Origin: Chiloscyllium plagiosum
Taxonomy: Eukaryota
Assembly (NCBI RefSeq): GCF_004010195.1
Contig: NC_057719.1
Coordinates: 72,367,961-72,431,960 of the forward strand
Direction: 5' to 3'
DNA length: 64,000 nucleotides
Shown here: piece by piece, positions 38,707-52,700 of the stretch
Layout of the letters: each line of letters starts with the position of its first letter
Numbering within the stretch: the first letter of the stretch is position 1
Position numbers and translations under genes: made by a program
The notes under the pieces: generated by a model
The model's input: only the letters and a program-made list of their open reading frames with translations
Database searches by the model: none
What the model was told of the DNA's origin: nothing

Positions 38707-40014
38707 ATAATCATTGCTGATCAAACGCTTCAATGCCGTTTACCCACGCAAACCCCATAATCCTGTATCCCATTAGTAATCATAAACCTATCAATCTCTA
38801 CTATAAACATACTCAAAGACTGACCTTGCACAGCGAACTGTGCAGAGAATTTGAAAAGTTCATGGCCATGTAGCTGTACTGAAGTTCTAGATGTGCAGAT
38901 TGGCATACTGATGCATTCTGATTTCAGACATCAGTACCACACATAGACATCAAAAGTCCATGCGCTGAAAAAAAAGTTAGATGAAATATTGGTTTACAAA
39001 CCCAAATTTTAAAAAATCTCTCCAGGTTGGATTTCAGTGACATCCTGCCTATTTTTATGTTGGACCCCATGGTTCTAGACTTTCCAACCAAGAGAAATAC
39101 CTTCCTTGTGTCTACCCTATCTATCCCTGTCACAACAGACAGTTTGCATCCAGCATCTGATCTCCAGCATCTGCAGTCCTCACTTTTTCCATAACAGACA
39201 GTTTGTCTGATGAAGAACAGATCAGTTCTCGTGATCAAAATGAGGCCAAAGGATAGCTACTGAAAAAGTTGGTACTGAAGCTAAATTTTTCCTGAAGGGA
39301 CTGGTCAATCAAGAATGTGACTATTATAAGTGGAGAAGTGGAAGCCACTGGAAAATATAGAAATTATTGAACATACAGGATGAGAGCAATGAAGTTAAAG
39401 CTTGTTAACTGGATTGAGAACATGAAGTTCAAAAATGTAAGAAAATAGAGTGTAAGCTCAGAAGATTACTGTGGGAGTGAACATGATTCTAGAAAAAGAT
39501 TACAAGCAGTTGAAAGAACTCCTATTACTTGGAGAGGGATTTCAAGTTCTCGAGTGCATGAGGATTTATACATTTCTTTCAGAGAGGGAAGTAATTGTTA
39601 CCCCCTACCTTGGGCAGCTAAAAAGATTAGAAACATAAAAATTTTCTTAGTGGTAGAAATTCTTGTAGAGATGGTAGGTATGGAATTTTTCTTAACCAAA
39701 ATATTTGGAAAAATGTCTAAGAAACACATTCAACAGCAATACCCATTGAATGCTGCATTGATATAAATCACTATGGAATGCAAACATTTGCCAAAATATG
39801 TGAATAAAGACTGAGGATCAATATTGCAGTTTTATTGCTAGAGAATGGAGAAATCTACAATTGAAATGGATAGATAGCAGCAGTTAACTATGTGATTGCT
39901 TCATGGAGAAAGGAGGAAGTTCTAATCGAAATACTGCAAAAGAGGCATTGGAACTTTAATTTACACTAAAAGGGAAAACATAGTGGGGATATAATGCATT
40001 GACACTGGGGATTG

Positions 40015-40950
40015 GGGCAGTGGTATGGTGGTATTGTCACTAGATTCAGAGTCCAGGATAAATGCCGGAGGGAACATCACAGAAGCACTTCACAGGAGGC
40101 TCCCAAGCACTGAGGATGTCACCTAGACAGGGGACAAAACGCCTGCAACACAGATTCCCAGCTTGGTGAACAGAACCACAACAGTCCAGGATAATATTCT
40201 GAGGACATGGGTTTGAATCCAATCGTGGCAGATGGTGAAATTTGATTTCAATTAATTAATCTGGTCCAATGGTGACCATGAAATCATTGTCCTAAAATCC
40301 CATCTGGTTTTCTGATGTCTTTTATGGAAGAAAAATGTGCCACTTTTATCTGATCTAGCCTACATGTGATTCTAAACCCAAAACTATGCAGTTGACCTTT
40401 AACTGCCATCTGAAAATGGCCTAGCAAGCCAATCAAGTGTATCTCACCACAACAAAGTCTGCCAAAAGGAATGAAACCAAACATACCACCTGGCAAAGAG
40501 CAAGAGACCAGAAATGACAATGACAAACTCAGCCCTGCCAACTCTGCAAAATCCTCCTTTCTAACATTTGAGGGCCTGTGCCAAAAGTAAGAGAGCTGAC
40601 CCATAACTGGTTGAGCATAGTATAATATAGTTATTCTGATGGAATCATACCTTCAAGAAATTGTTCCAGATACCATCATCACCATTGCTGGGTATGCCCT
40701 GTCCCAATGACAGTGTTAGAGGTTGCTGCACAGTTGTATCCAGTCAGACAGCGTTGCCCTAGTAGTCCTCAATATTGACTCCAGAACTGAAGAAGTCTCA
40801 TGGAATCAAGTTAAACATAGTGGTGGAAACTTCCTGCTGATTACCACCTTATTGCATCCCCCTCAGTTGACAAATCCTGGATTTTGAACACCACTTGGAG
40901 GACACACTGAGTGTGTCAAGGACACAGAATGAACTCTGGGGAGGTGCGGC
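40015..40950 (+). mobile_element. 5' end of an L2/CR1-group LINE (tRNA-like leader and start of endonuclease), degenerate
   Basis: ggcagtggtatggtggtattgtcac...gggtttgaatcc head, followed by a degenerate NIxGL..K..EL / ILMESYL endonuclease N-terminus at ~40560-40660. Confidence 0.55.
40062..40182 (+). mobile_element. 121-bp Penelope-like pLTR insertion with 12-bp TSD
   Basis: AGTCCAGGATAA at 40050-40061 and 40183-40194; internal CTGAGGA...GAC(A)AAAC hammerhead-like core. Confidence 0.75.
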
Positions 40951-42264
40951 TTGGTAGCACAATTACTAACTGAGCTGGGAAGAATCCTAAACGGGTAATG
41001 TTCAGAGTACATATTTATATTCAAGGACTGTGTGTGGGAGAAATGGAAGATATGGACTGAATTAGACATTTTCTGAATTGAGTCCTTGTAAAGCAATAAT
41101 TACTTTGTTGTACGTCATGAGAAGAGATCAACTGCATCCCAACAAATGCAATGGATCAGCAGCAACACTTTTTTTTTATTCACTCATGAAATAGGTGTTG
41201 TTGGCTGTCCCAGTATTTATTGCCCATTGCTAGTTGCCATTGAGAAGGTGGTGGTGAGCTGCCTTCTTGAACCGCTGCAGACTACATGCTTATGTACACC
41301 GACAATGGCCGTAGGGAGGGAATTCACCATGACTATGACATTCAACCAACAGACCCAGAACAACTAGCAACAACCTGTATATGAACCATTTAAAAATCAG
41401 TGTTTTGAAGACTATGTGCAATGTGTGTAAAGGAATAGACAAAAGCGAAAGCACTAGAGTGAACAGCTTTCTGTCCACATGTGATGGCCTCCTTTACTGA
41501 TAATGTATGTGGATAATGTGCCAGTACAACTGCTAATGCTTACCAGGAGGTTTTTTTTCTAACAAAAATGTGGATTTTTGGAGAAACATCTTTTAGTATT
41601 GCTGCCTCTTGTGTTGGTTGAGTGGGAAGCACGCAGCGGCCAGAATTGATGATATAAAATCTGGTTGATGATTCTTCAATTCTGATGAAGGGCTACAGAC
41701 CTAACAAATTAACTAATTCTCTCCTTAGTTCCTTCCACACTTGCTGAGTATTTGCAGTATTCATTCGTGATACTTAGCACAAAGGAAGATGGTTGTTGTT
41801 GGAGGACAATTATCTCAGTGCTAGAACTTTCTCAGGGTAAACTGTGTTGTTAGAGATCAATAATCTCAGTCCCAGATATTTACCAATCACCTTTTTGCTC
41901 AGCATTTCCCAATATTTTTGGTTTTCAGCTGCTTTAGGATTAAGATTTGACAGCCCAGTCCCAATCTGCTTTGTCCTGTGAGCTTGTTTTAGACCATTTA
42001 TGGATCACTGCAAAAGCTATGTCTTGTCCTTTTAAAGTGAAGGAAGGGCCAAAGTTAGCCTGTGTATACAAATTAGAGGAACACAGACAGCCCATTCGGA
42101 CTTTCATATTTCTCAGCTTTTGACATTTCTGTACCAGCAACAGGGACTTATTAGACTACCCACAGTTGATGCAGAGTCAGATTTGGTATCCTGTCCCCTC
42201 ATTGCCTCAGTGACACTTTGTGAATGTGGCATTCTCTGGGCAGTGTAGCCTGTGTATTTATCCT

Positions 42265-42381
42265 CTATTTATAGTCAACACAAACAAGCTCACACCATTT
42301 CACTGGAATAAGAAATCACCTCCACTTCTGAGTGACAGGTAAATCTAGGACAGCAGAGGGGCTGTCAGCGACAGGTATAAG
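42265..42381 (+). promoter_or_regulatory. Candidate proximal promoter of the opsin gene
   Basis: CTATTTATAG (MEF2 consensus) at 42265-42274, TGAGTGACAG (PBX-PREP/MEIS-type decamer) at 42329-42338, CTGTCA at 42362-42367 and TATAAG at 42376-42381, ~60 nt before the ATG. Motif matches only. Confidence 0.4.
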
Positions 42382-42441
42382 AATGACCTCAGGCATTAGT
42401 AGCTGTGTATTCCTGCTTCCCTGCAGTGGAGGATCGAGGAA

Positions 42442-42559
42442 ATGGCAGGGAGTGTCATGCTGAACAGTAATTTCCTGTGGTCAAACACTTCTCTGCAAAG
42501 GGACAGAGCGGTATCCGAAACTGGAAAAACAATCATTGGGATCTATCTCCTGGCTCTAG
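42442..42559 (+). CDS. opn6: Neuropsin-group non-visual opsin (probably Opn6), coding exon 1: MAGSVMLNSNFLWSNTSLQRDRAVSETGKTIIGIYLLAL(G)
   Basis: ATG in a strong Kozak context (gaaATGG), N-glycosylation sequon NTS, start of TM1. Donor |gtgggt in phase 1 joins exon 2 to give ...YLLALGWLSWIGN. Confidence 0.85.
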
Positions 42560-45500
42560 GTGGGTGAACTTTGTCTAAAGTTAGCACAATGTGTTGATTG
42601 ATATTCTGTTAGGTCATATGGCATTAAAATAGAGCAACTGCTGTAAAATTCAAATTGAAGCTCATTTCACTGACAAAGCATCAGAGACAGAAGGAGACAG
42701 CAGTTGAATTGAACTTAGGAGCAAGATGTCCCTGTGAGGATGAAATTATTAAGGTATTAGTCACATTTAAAGTTTTAATGGAAATGGACAGGGACTAGTA
42801 CCTGAAGTTAAAAATATCCATTATCAAATGTAGCTTTTATTCTGTCGTGAATTTTGCAAAGACGGAGTTGCATTAATTTACAGCCAGACATCAGTCCCCT
42901 GAAACATTTCATATTTGCATTTTGATTGATTGATTCTTTGAGAATTTCTTTTTTAGATGCTGCTGTTAGCAGCAATATTTCCAATAATGTGCTTAGGATT
43001 TATTTATTGTGTTTTGTGGGACTTTTGCAAGAAAACTGGCAGTGGACCGGATTTATACCTGGGAGAAGTTGAGTCTTCTGTGGACTGTGTTCGTTTGAAG
43101 CCAGAATCGATGAAGAAATTCTGATTTTGAATCTCAGCTACCTGATTCCAGTGAAATGCGTTGTGTCACTTCAGTTTGGCAACCTTTAAAACAGTATCTT
43201 TGTGAGCTTCAGAGACTAAAAATCAACCAGGTTCATATACACACAAAAGAAATCTTATGTGTGATTGTCAGATCAATTCAGACTGAGCTGGGAACCATGC
43301 AGTTTAAAAGACCAAAGGTAGAAAGTAACTAAGAACGCCACCTTCTGCAACTGTCCCTCCTAATCACTCATCATCTGACTTAGAATGGTATCAACTATAT
43401 CACTGTGTCAAAATGCTGTACAGCTCTAATGGGAGCGCTACATTACATGGCCTGCATCTATAAGAAAGGGGATTGTAAAGAGTAATTAGGGACAGGCAAT
43501 AAATACTAGCCTTGTCAGAGATGCTCCAATTCTATAAACTAATTTTCAAAACTCCGACAGTCTTCAATGTGAAAGTCACATATAATGTAAAGAATGATCA
43601 TTTGCAAGAAGGTTTGGAAACAAGCTGGAAAATATTTTAAAATGCTGTCATTAGTGACCATGTATTTAATTCTCATGTAATTTTTTTTTAAATTGAAGTC
43701 ATCAGGTGGACAAGCTCGGAGGAATTACTGTGTCAGACACTATAAGAAAGCTTAACTAATTTATATAATTGAAGCTGAAGGATTCAGAGTGACTTATTGC
43801 TTCTTAGAAACTGTAATCAAATTCACCAAGGCAATTTGTACTGAAGTTATCTAGAGTTTGATTTTTAAAAGTATGCTTTTAAAGTATTGCTCGTTTTGTT
43901 TCTATAGAAAGAATACAGAATTTTATAGGACTATTCAATGTCTTTTTAAAATAAAATTGGTGTTGCTCATTATTTACAACCATACAAGATATTAATGTAG
44001 TTGGTCATTCCCAAATTAAATATTTAAATCTGCTTCAATATGAACGTTAATTATTTCTAATCACCATGGTCCTGAAAGACATACCTGCCAAGCTGGACCT
44101 GTAGCAACTAGTGAGAGAACGAGTGTTATGACCCAAGCTGATATTATTATTTAACCAGGATGAAATCTGGCTTGTTAAATCATACTTTTTAAAAAACAAT
44201 TATCTAGTATATTGGCCTATCATTCAAACATAAACACACAAAGTTGCAGATTTGTTTTTAACAGTAAAACAGAAGTTTATTATATAAGAAAAATGAAAAT
44301 AAAATTGAACAAACCAAGTTATTTGAATATAGTACAATTTAAAAGATGTTGAAACATATGACAAAAAAATATTCCATCTATCCTCATACCATTACTTTAG
44401 TACTCAAGTGACGGAGAGACCTTTTTTCTATCATATCTATAGGTTTGATTTAATGTTTCTTTCAAGTTCCAATCATAAAGGTTTGACAGCCTTTCCCTTG
44501 ATTGCACACAAGTAATCGTTTGAGATCATTCTCTCTAGCAACATCCTGGGAGAGATGAAGTCTTGTGCAGCAGACATTTAGTGTTTGCTGTTTTTGAATA
44601 AAAGGTAATGTTAGCCAAAACCAAAACTCCAGATATGCAGGAAATACCTTGATCCCCAACTGCCTTCACCGTCATTGCCTTTGACATTGTGTATCCTAAT
44701 TTAGGACTGCTGCTCAGGACTTCTGCTCCAAAACTAGCCTCACCCCCGATCAAGCTCTTTAAACAGTTGCTTTGGTAGTACAGAAGGGAGACAGAAGCAA
44801 ACTCAGTGTTAAGCATATTACCTTAAGTTGTAATGCTGAGACAGATGTTGGAATTGTGTAATTGGGTCTCAGGCAGAAGTCTCAAAAGTTGTTGAATAGC
44901 ACTGTGCAGTTAGGACTCAAGGAAGCCCTCTGAGCTAATTAGTGGAGCTGAACGAGCTTAAAACTCAGAAAGAAGTCTAGGGAAGGACTAATTTGGTGAA
45001 GCTGACTACCTCTGAAAAGCTGGAGTTGTGCCTGTAAGTAGGCGCTGGAGTCCATTTTCCATAAGCAAGGGGAGTGTAGACGCAGCAACGGAAGTGAAAT
45101 ACCAGAAAATGAATAGTCATTGAAACAGTTAATGACCGACTGGTTTCTGAAGGAGTTCCAAAGCTTGGTCTTCGAAATAGAAGGACTGCAATGGCTTGCA
45201 AATTTTTAATGAAATGTGAGGACCCACAGTGTCACTACAGTCTGAGGGGATGCTGAGAAATCCATGTGAAGTGTCTGGATCATGTTTGTTCTTTAATATA
45301 TTCTGTGGGGTGTTTAACCACAGTTTCTGTGTTAGCTGTATTTACCTCAGGTTAATTCTGAATGTTAGGTTTTAAATATTTTTATATACTGTAGATTGTA
45401 CTATTGTCAGAACGCTGTGTGTTAAAGTCTATTGGTATTTATCCAAACTCTTGGAATCTTGTGATTTTCATCTCTTAGTCAGCTTAAACTTAGCCAATTT

Positions 45501-45589
45501 TTTAGAACAATTCATCTCGTCCCAAATCAGATCTCTAACTGAAACCTGGTGATCTGGTCCAGGATAAACAAGCCAACTATGCATCATCA

Positions 45590-47005
45590 GCAAAGTGGTG
45601 GCAGGAGCCATCTACAATGCTATCAAGTGACAGTACACAGCAACAACCTGTTCGCTGGTGCTAAGTTTGAGTTCTGCAAGGGTCACTTGGCTAATGACTA
45701 CATTACAGTTATTATTAAAACATGGACAGAAGAGCTGAATTCCAGAGGTGAGTGAGATGAGAGTATGTATCTTTAATATCATGGCAACATTTGATCAAGT
45801 TTGGCATCAAGAAGTCCTCTTTAACAAAATTGAATCAATGGAAATCATGGGGTAAATTATTCACTGTTTCAAGTCATCCCTAGCATAAAATATGATGGTT
45901 GTTAAGCTCAGTTGTTTCAGCCCGTGACGTCACTGAAGCAGATCCTAAGGGTGATATCCTAGACACAAACATGTTCAGTTGCTTCATTAATTTCTTAGGT
46001 TAGAAATGGGGGAATGTTTGCTAATGTTTATTCCGTTTCAACACCAATCACAATTCCTCAGGTACTGAGGATATATCGGCATGCAGCAAGACTTGAACAA
46101 CAATCACATTTGAGTTGATAAGTGGCAAGTAAAGTCAATGGCACACAAATGCAAGGTGTTAACCTCTCCAGTGAACGATATCTAATCATGTTCCCTTGAT
46201 GTTCAATAGCATTACCATTTGTTTAGTCCAGCAGTATGACATCATAAGATAATATGGAAGAGGAGCCAAAATAAACCATCTGGCTATCAATATTGTTGCA
46301 CTGTTCAAGAAGTTAATGGTGGGGATACTGTTAACTAGAAAGATCAGCCATATGAATACTGTGGCTACGACAGTGGGTCAAAGGCTGTGAGAAGTGACTC
46401 ACCTCCTGTCTCCCTAAAGCCTCCATTTACAAGCCCCAAGTCAGGAATGTGGTGGAATGGTCTCTACTTGCCTTAATGGGTACAGCTCCAACAATACTGA
46501 AAATGGAAACCATTCAGAACAAAGTAATCCACTTATTAGGCACTATATTCACCATCTTAAAAACATTCAGTCCATCCATCCACAGTAGCTGCATCAAGAA
46601 GCTGTGAGCCCTTCAATGTACATCATGCTGAGTCTTGCAGTCAATCAATGTCTGAGCAGAGAGAAGATAGAGCCATTTATACTTGTGTAGCATGGCAGAT
46701 CACTCCTTTTCTTCAGGCACTGCTCTTGGGAGTGCTGGTGAGGTCATCCTTCCTTCAACAGCATTAAACTCATGAACACTACCACCTTGAAGAGTAAGAG
46801 TGTAGGAAGCACTGAACCGCCACCTGTAAGTTCCCCTCCACATTCCTAACTTGGAACTATATTGCTGTTCCTTCGCTGTCACTGGATCAAAATCCTGGTG
46901 TTCCCTCCCTAGCAGTGCTTATACCAAATAGATGGCAGTGATTCAAGAACTGATTTGCCACAACCTTCTAATGAACCATTGGGATGGGAAATAAATGATG
47001 GGCTT
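45590..47005 (+). mobile_element. Old L2/CR1-group LINE, RT and 3' tail
   Basis: gcaacatttgatcaagtttggcat (AxFDxVWH), gcagcaagacttg...gataagtggcaagt (QQDL...DKWQV) and tail gggatgggaaataaatg. Confidence 0.7.
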
Positions 47006-47099
47006 ACTTGCAGCACAGAAGTTCCTTGGAAAAGTAATAACCTCCATGGTGTTTATTTTGGTCATTAAGTTCAGAGAGGAGGTCACAATGCATGTAAAG

Positions 47100-49790
47100 T
47101 CTGAACAGGAAGAATAGGGATAGGGACCTCCAGACAGAATAGTGGAAGGCAGTAGCACAGGACACCTCAATGGTTGTTCCCCCCTCTAACAGATATACCA
47201 TTTTAGATACTGTTGGGGAAAGTACCTCTCAGGGGACAGCAGTGGAAGCAAAACCAATGGCACCACAGGTGGCTCTGCTACAAAAGAGTGAAAGAAGAAG
47301 AGAGGCAGGACTGTAATGATAGGGGATTCAACAATATGGGGGACAAGCAGATGTTTGTCGGCCACAAAAGAGACTCAAGGTTGGTATGTTGTCTCCATGA
47401 TGCTGTGGGGGAGGGTTTAAACTAGAATAGAAGAGGATGGGAATCTGAGCAGAGAGACAGAGGAGGGTGAAACAAACAGAAACAAAAGACAAAAAGGTAA
47501 GGAGCTAAATTGGAAGGCAGTAAAAAACACAAAAAGAAACAAATGGGGCCATAGTGCAAAACAAAACCAAGATGACTAATAAGGTTAAAAGACAAGTGTA
47601 AAGTTTGTTTTATTGCACAGATCCTCTACAATAAGATAGATGAATTATAAGCACGCAGATATAGCTGTTCATAATGTTGTTGTAATTGCAGAGACATGAC
47701 TGCAGGATGACTAAAGATAGGAACTAACTATGCAGGGAATTCATTATTCAGGAAAGACAAACAAAAGGAAAAGAGGTGGAGTAGTATTGTTAGTAAAGGA
47801 AGAAAATAAAGGCAATCATGAGGAACAATATTGGTTCATAAGATCATGATAAGGAATGTATGGGTGAGATAAGAAACGCCCAAAGTTCAGAAAATGTTGG
47901 GTGTTATCTATGGGCCCTCCAAACAATAGTGGAGATGTAAGGAAATGCATTAAGCAAGAAATCAAAGATACATGTAATAAGTGTACAACTGTAATCACGG
48001 GAGACTTTAATTTCGAAATAAATTGGACAAACCAAATTGACAATGGTATTGAGGAAGGGATTTCCTGGAGGATGTACATGATGGTTGCTTAGACCAATAT
48101 TGAGGAGCTAACTGGAGAGCAAACTATTCTAGATTGAGTAGGGTGCATTAAGAAATGATTAATTAACAATCTTGTTGTGCTGGGACCCTTGGGAAACAGT
48201 GGCAATAATATGATAGAATTCTTCATTAAGATGGACAGTGAAATAGTCGAACCTAAAAGAAGGGCACTGAATCAAAATAGAAGGAAATATACAGGTATGA
48301 CGCATAAGTTGGTAAAGAAGAATTGGGGGAACCTATTAAAGGGATTGGATAGACAATGGTTCATATTTAAAGAAGGTGTGCCATGAGTTACAACAATTAT
48401 TCATTCCTGTCTGGTGCAAAAGTGAAAGAAAAAAAGTGGTTCATCCATGGCTGACAAAAGAAATTAGAGACAATATTTGATCTAAAAAGGAGACTTGCAA
48501 AATTCCTAGAAGACGTTTCAAGCCTGAGGATTGGAACCATTTTAGAATTCAGCAAAAAGGATTGATCAAGAGTGGAAAAATAGAATACAAGAGTAAAATT
48601 GCAAGGGATATAGAAACTAACCATAAAAGTTTCTATAAATATGTGTAGAGAAAAAAAAAGATAAATACAGTTCCCTTACAGTCAGAAGCCAAAGAAATTA
48701 TAATGGGATGCAAAGAAATTGCAGGGTAATTGAAAAACCTTGCTTCAGAAACAAAACCAGAAATTGTTGAAGTGTCTGCAGCCATTTCAACACACCAACA
48801 TCTCTGTCTCAAGCTTGATGCAGTCCTCCAGTGAAGCTCAGTGCAAGCTGAAAAAATAACATCTCATTTTCCACTTGGGAACCCTGCAGCCTTCTGGACT
48901 CAATATTGAGTTCAATAACTTTAGGGCTTGAGCTTTCCAATATCCTTATATCAACCCCACGCTTCAGGCCTTGTTAACACATAGTCAACTATTACACACA
49001 ACTCTTTATTAGCCACTAACAGTCAACATTATTAGCTACCTACTCTTCCAGCCAGATTGTGATATACTGCTTTGTCTGTCCAACTGTTCTCCTTATCCTT
49101 TGGTCTCTATCTCTATCTATCCTTTGCTCCTTACCCCTCCCCCACCCTATCGTCTGCATATAAATTGACATTTTTCTGAGCTACCATCAGTTCTGAGGAA
49201 GGGTCACCAGATTCGGAACATTAACTGATTTCTCCCCACAGATGCTGCCAGACCTGCTGAGTTTTTCCAGCAATGTCTGCTTTTGTACAAATGTTATTTC
49301 TCTCTTCAAAAGAGATGGCACAAGTAACTACCCAGAAATGTTAGGGAACCAAAGGTCTACTGAGAGGGCAGAAATGAAGCAAATCAGTATTGGTAAAAAA
49401 AACAGTCCTTGGGAAATTAATGGTGTTAAAGGCTGACAAATCCCCAGGGCCTGACATGCCAGAGTACATTGGGAAGTGGCTCTGGAAATATTGCATGCTT
49501 TGACTGTCATCTTCCACAATTCTATAGCTCCTACAGATTGGAGGGTGGTAAATGTAATCCCACTATTTAAAAAGGGAGGGAGAGAAAGGACAGAGAATTA
49601 CAGACCAGAATCCTACTTCAGAAGTGGGGAAAGTGCTAAAGTCTATTATAAAAGACAAGATAATGGAACACTTGGAAAGCAGTAACAGGACTGACAAAAC
49701 CAGTATGGACTTATGAAATCATGCTTAAGAAATCTGCTGGAGTTTTTTGAGGACTTAACTAGCAGAATAGATAAATGAAGAGGTGTATTT
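47100..49790 (+). mobile_element. Degenerate CR1 LINE (esterase, endonuclease, start of RT), interrupted by a Penelope-like fragment
   Basis: RLVCCL, ITGDFNF, LGPLGNSGNNMIEF and DWRVVNVIPLFKKGGRERTENYRP. Confidence 0.8.
48745..49285 (+). mobile_element. Penelope-like element 3' part (GIY-YIG C-terminus, UTR, pLTR)
   Basis: HLIFHLGTLQPSGLNIEFNNFRA* at 48860-48931, then ctgaggaagggtc...cagatgctgccagacctgctgag. Confidence 0.8.
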
Positions 49791-52700
49791 GGATGTTTAG
49801 AAGGTTTTTCTTTAGGTTCCTTATAACAGCTTAGTGCTGTTTGTTGAGAGGTAAACATTTATCAAGTCACTGGGGAGAAATCATGTGCAAAATCATGCGG
49901 TGGGATCTATTGCACTTCAGTGGCAGGTGAGGCCTCTGTTCAATGTCTCATTTGAAAGAAAGAATCTTCAAAGAGAAAAACCAGGAAAGATAAAAGTACA
50001 TCCTGAATTCAGCAGGCCTCGACACCCACAAGACACTGGGGGAATTATACAGGACTTCTTCATCTAGCTGCCTAGAACACCACTTCACTCCCTGTTCATG
50101 TATCTCGTTGTTTCTTATACCATCTGGTTTTCTCTTCCACCACTCTGAAAGCGAATTCAGAATGCTAAACTTTCAGACAGGTAGTGAGCCCTTTCTGAGA
50201 GGACATGATGCGTGAGAAATGGTGAGATTTACATATAAATGACATGTACATATATATGTACTCACTAAGCATTTTGAAATGATTAGCTCAAAGGTATTAT
50301 TAATAAATCAAACACCAACAAATTTTCATAGATCATTTTGATCTTTTATTGTATTTATTCCAGCCATAATATGGCTTTTCTAAAATAAAATTGAGATATA
50401 TTTCACTAACCTTTTGCCAATATGCCCACAACTTACAACTACTGTGAATTATGCATCGACGATTAATGTATGCAAAAGCCGACAGGTGTAATCCAAAGAT
50501 GCTAAAAGAAACATTGTGATGAAGCAGAAATAGCTTTGCCTCCTTAAAACCAAACTTGAAGCATTTTGGAATGATCCCCGTAAAGACCAATAACTTTTAA
50601 AAATATATTTGAGTTTCCAGTGATTGACTGAAAGGTTTCACAACAAGATTTTAAGTTTTAAGACCTTACTATAACAAATGGTTTAAAAGAAACATTGTCT
50701 ATACACCACTTAATGGGCAAATTCCACTCTAAACCACAGGCAACAATCCCCCAATTAAGTTTTCAACATGACCAACTATCCAGTCTCATGGTAATGCATT
50801 ACACTGTCCCTCAAATAGACACTCCATTCTGTAGGAAACAGGCCAAAGCTATTTTCAGCTCTAGTGATTTGTTTCCTTTCCCCTGGTCCAGTTAGGTAAC
50901 TTCTAATCCCAAAACTGACTTTCACTGTGCAGGTTGCACTGACAAATCTGGACGAACCATCCAGTTCCCTTTAAATCCTCACAAATCTTCACAATCCTTC
51001 AATCTGAGGATGAGCCCCCAAGCATGTCCCCATACAGGACAATAAGGTCAGTGTTTTATATTCCTCAGTTATATGCCTGATTGCCTGCATCTCCTGCTGT
51101 CTGCCTCCTGTGACTTATCTGTGTTTATCAGTTTCAGTCATATCCATAAGAATTTGACTTTTTTCTGATAACGGAAATGAAAAATTCAGGTTTTCAGTGG
51201 CATTGCATGTTCATAGATACATTTTTCATAGAATTCATACAATGTGGAACCAGGTCATTTTACTCATCGAGTCCATATTATTTCTGAAAAGAAATCACTG
51301 AGGCAGAACTTGCTGTTTAAATAATGAGGAGGTAAATAGCCCCCACTGTTATTTATCCACAAAAAGCACATTAATATAAGACAAAGGCTAGCTATATGAT
51401 TAAACACAAGTTTCAGAGTATTGCTATCTCTCTTCAGCTCTCTCTCTCAGCCATCTGATGTCATGCCATCTGACGTCATGCTATCATTGCATTATGATCC
51501 TTCAGGTTCCTGCTGTCAATTGCTCAACATTTAATTGCAGATTACTCAACATTTCCACCCAAATCTTTGTTTCCATTCTTTATGTTATCTACTCATCTAT
51601 CCTCAAAGTCTTGAAGATTTCAGGGAAAGTCTGTGTTGGGTGGACGACTGTTTTTGAACTCCTTCAGATTTCTTACTGAGGTTGGTGTTTTTTTTAAATC
51701 TCCCTTCTTTCAGATTCCTTATGTATATAAAGAACATTCATGATTCCTGTGTCTTCAAAGCTGAAGTAGTACAGCTATACTTGTAATGGTCCTTAAGGAT
51801 ACTAAGGCTTTTACATTTCTACTTACTATACATTGTGATGCTTCTTTCTAACACCTGGAAGATTTTAGTTGTGCCACTCAACATTAGTGTTATGAAAATG
51901 ACATCTTTCTGTCTGCCTAACAAAACACATTGAAGGCATCAAGTTTTTTTATTTGGCAGATATGAACTAAACTCATATAGGAAGTTAAATCTCATCTATT
52001 TCAGTGTAAGTACCATTTACAATGAGATGAGGCTGGCACTAAATTAATTATTACAAATGTAGAGTTGCATATCTTCAGATTTTAATTGCTGTTTTGATTT
52101 TTAAAAGGTTAACTTTTTAAATAAAGCATTATTTATAATGTTCCTTTCTATCCTTTTATATTTCTCTTAATCAAATATTTTTTTCCTTCTGTTTTTTTTC
52201 TGTATCTTAATATACATTGAATTTCAAATTTACGCTTTTTCTTAGTCTTGGCACAGTTAATTCTTCAGTTCAGATCTGATTAGCTAAGGAGATGGACCAG
52301 TGCTTGATTTGTTCATTTTGATTCGACATGCCCTGTTTCTCTTGCTGTGAGATCAGCTTATATTTTCAACAACTTGCAACACAACATTCTTTAACCAATA
52401 AGTTCTGATGTCATTAGATGCCCTACCAAAGTAAATTATGGCCAAAAGACTCATTACTTATTGCAAAACTGCCTAAAATCATTTAAGATTCTTATTTTCA
52501 CTGAAAATGCATTGTTAGGGTATTCAAGTTAAAGAAAAGGATTACTTAATTTAATGTTTAGTCTTTCTAGACATTCAAAAGTACCTTCCAAACCCATGTC
52601 CTCTACTACCTGGAGGGACAAGGGCCAACAAATGAAGAGAAACAGCACTGTTGCAAGTTTTCCTCAAAATCACTCCACTGCTGCTGGGACAAAAACCTAG

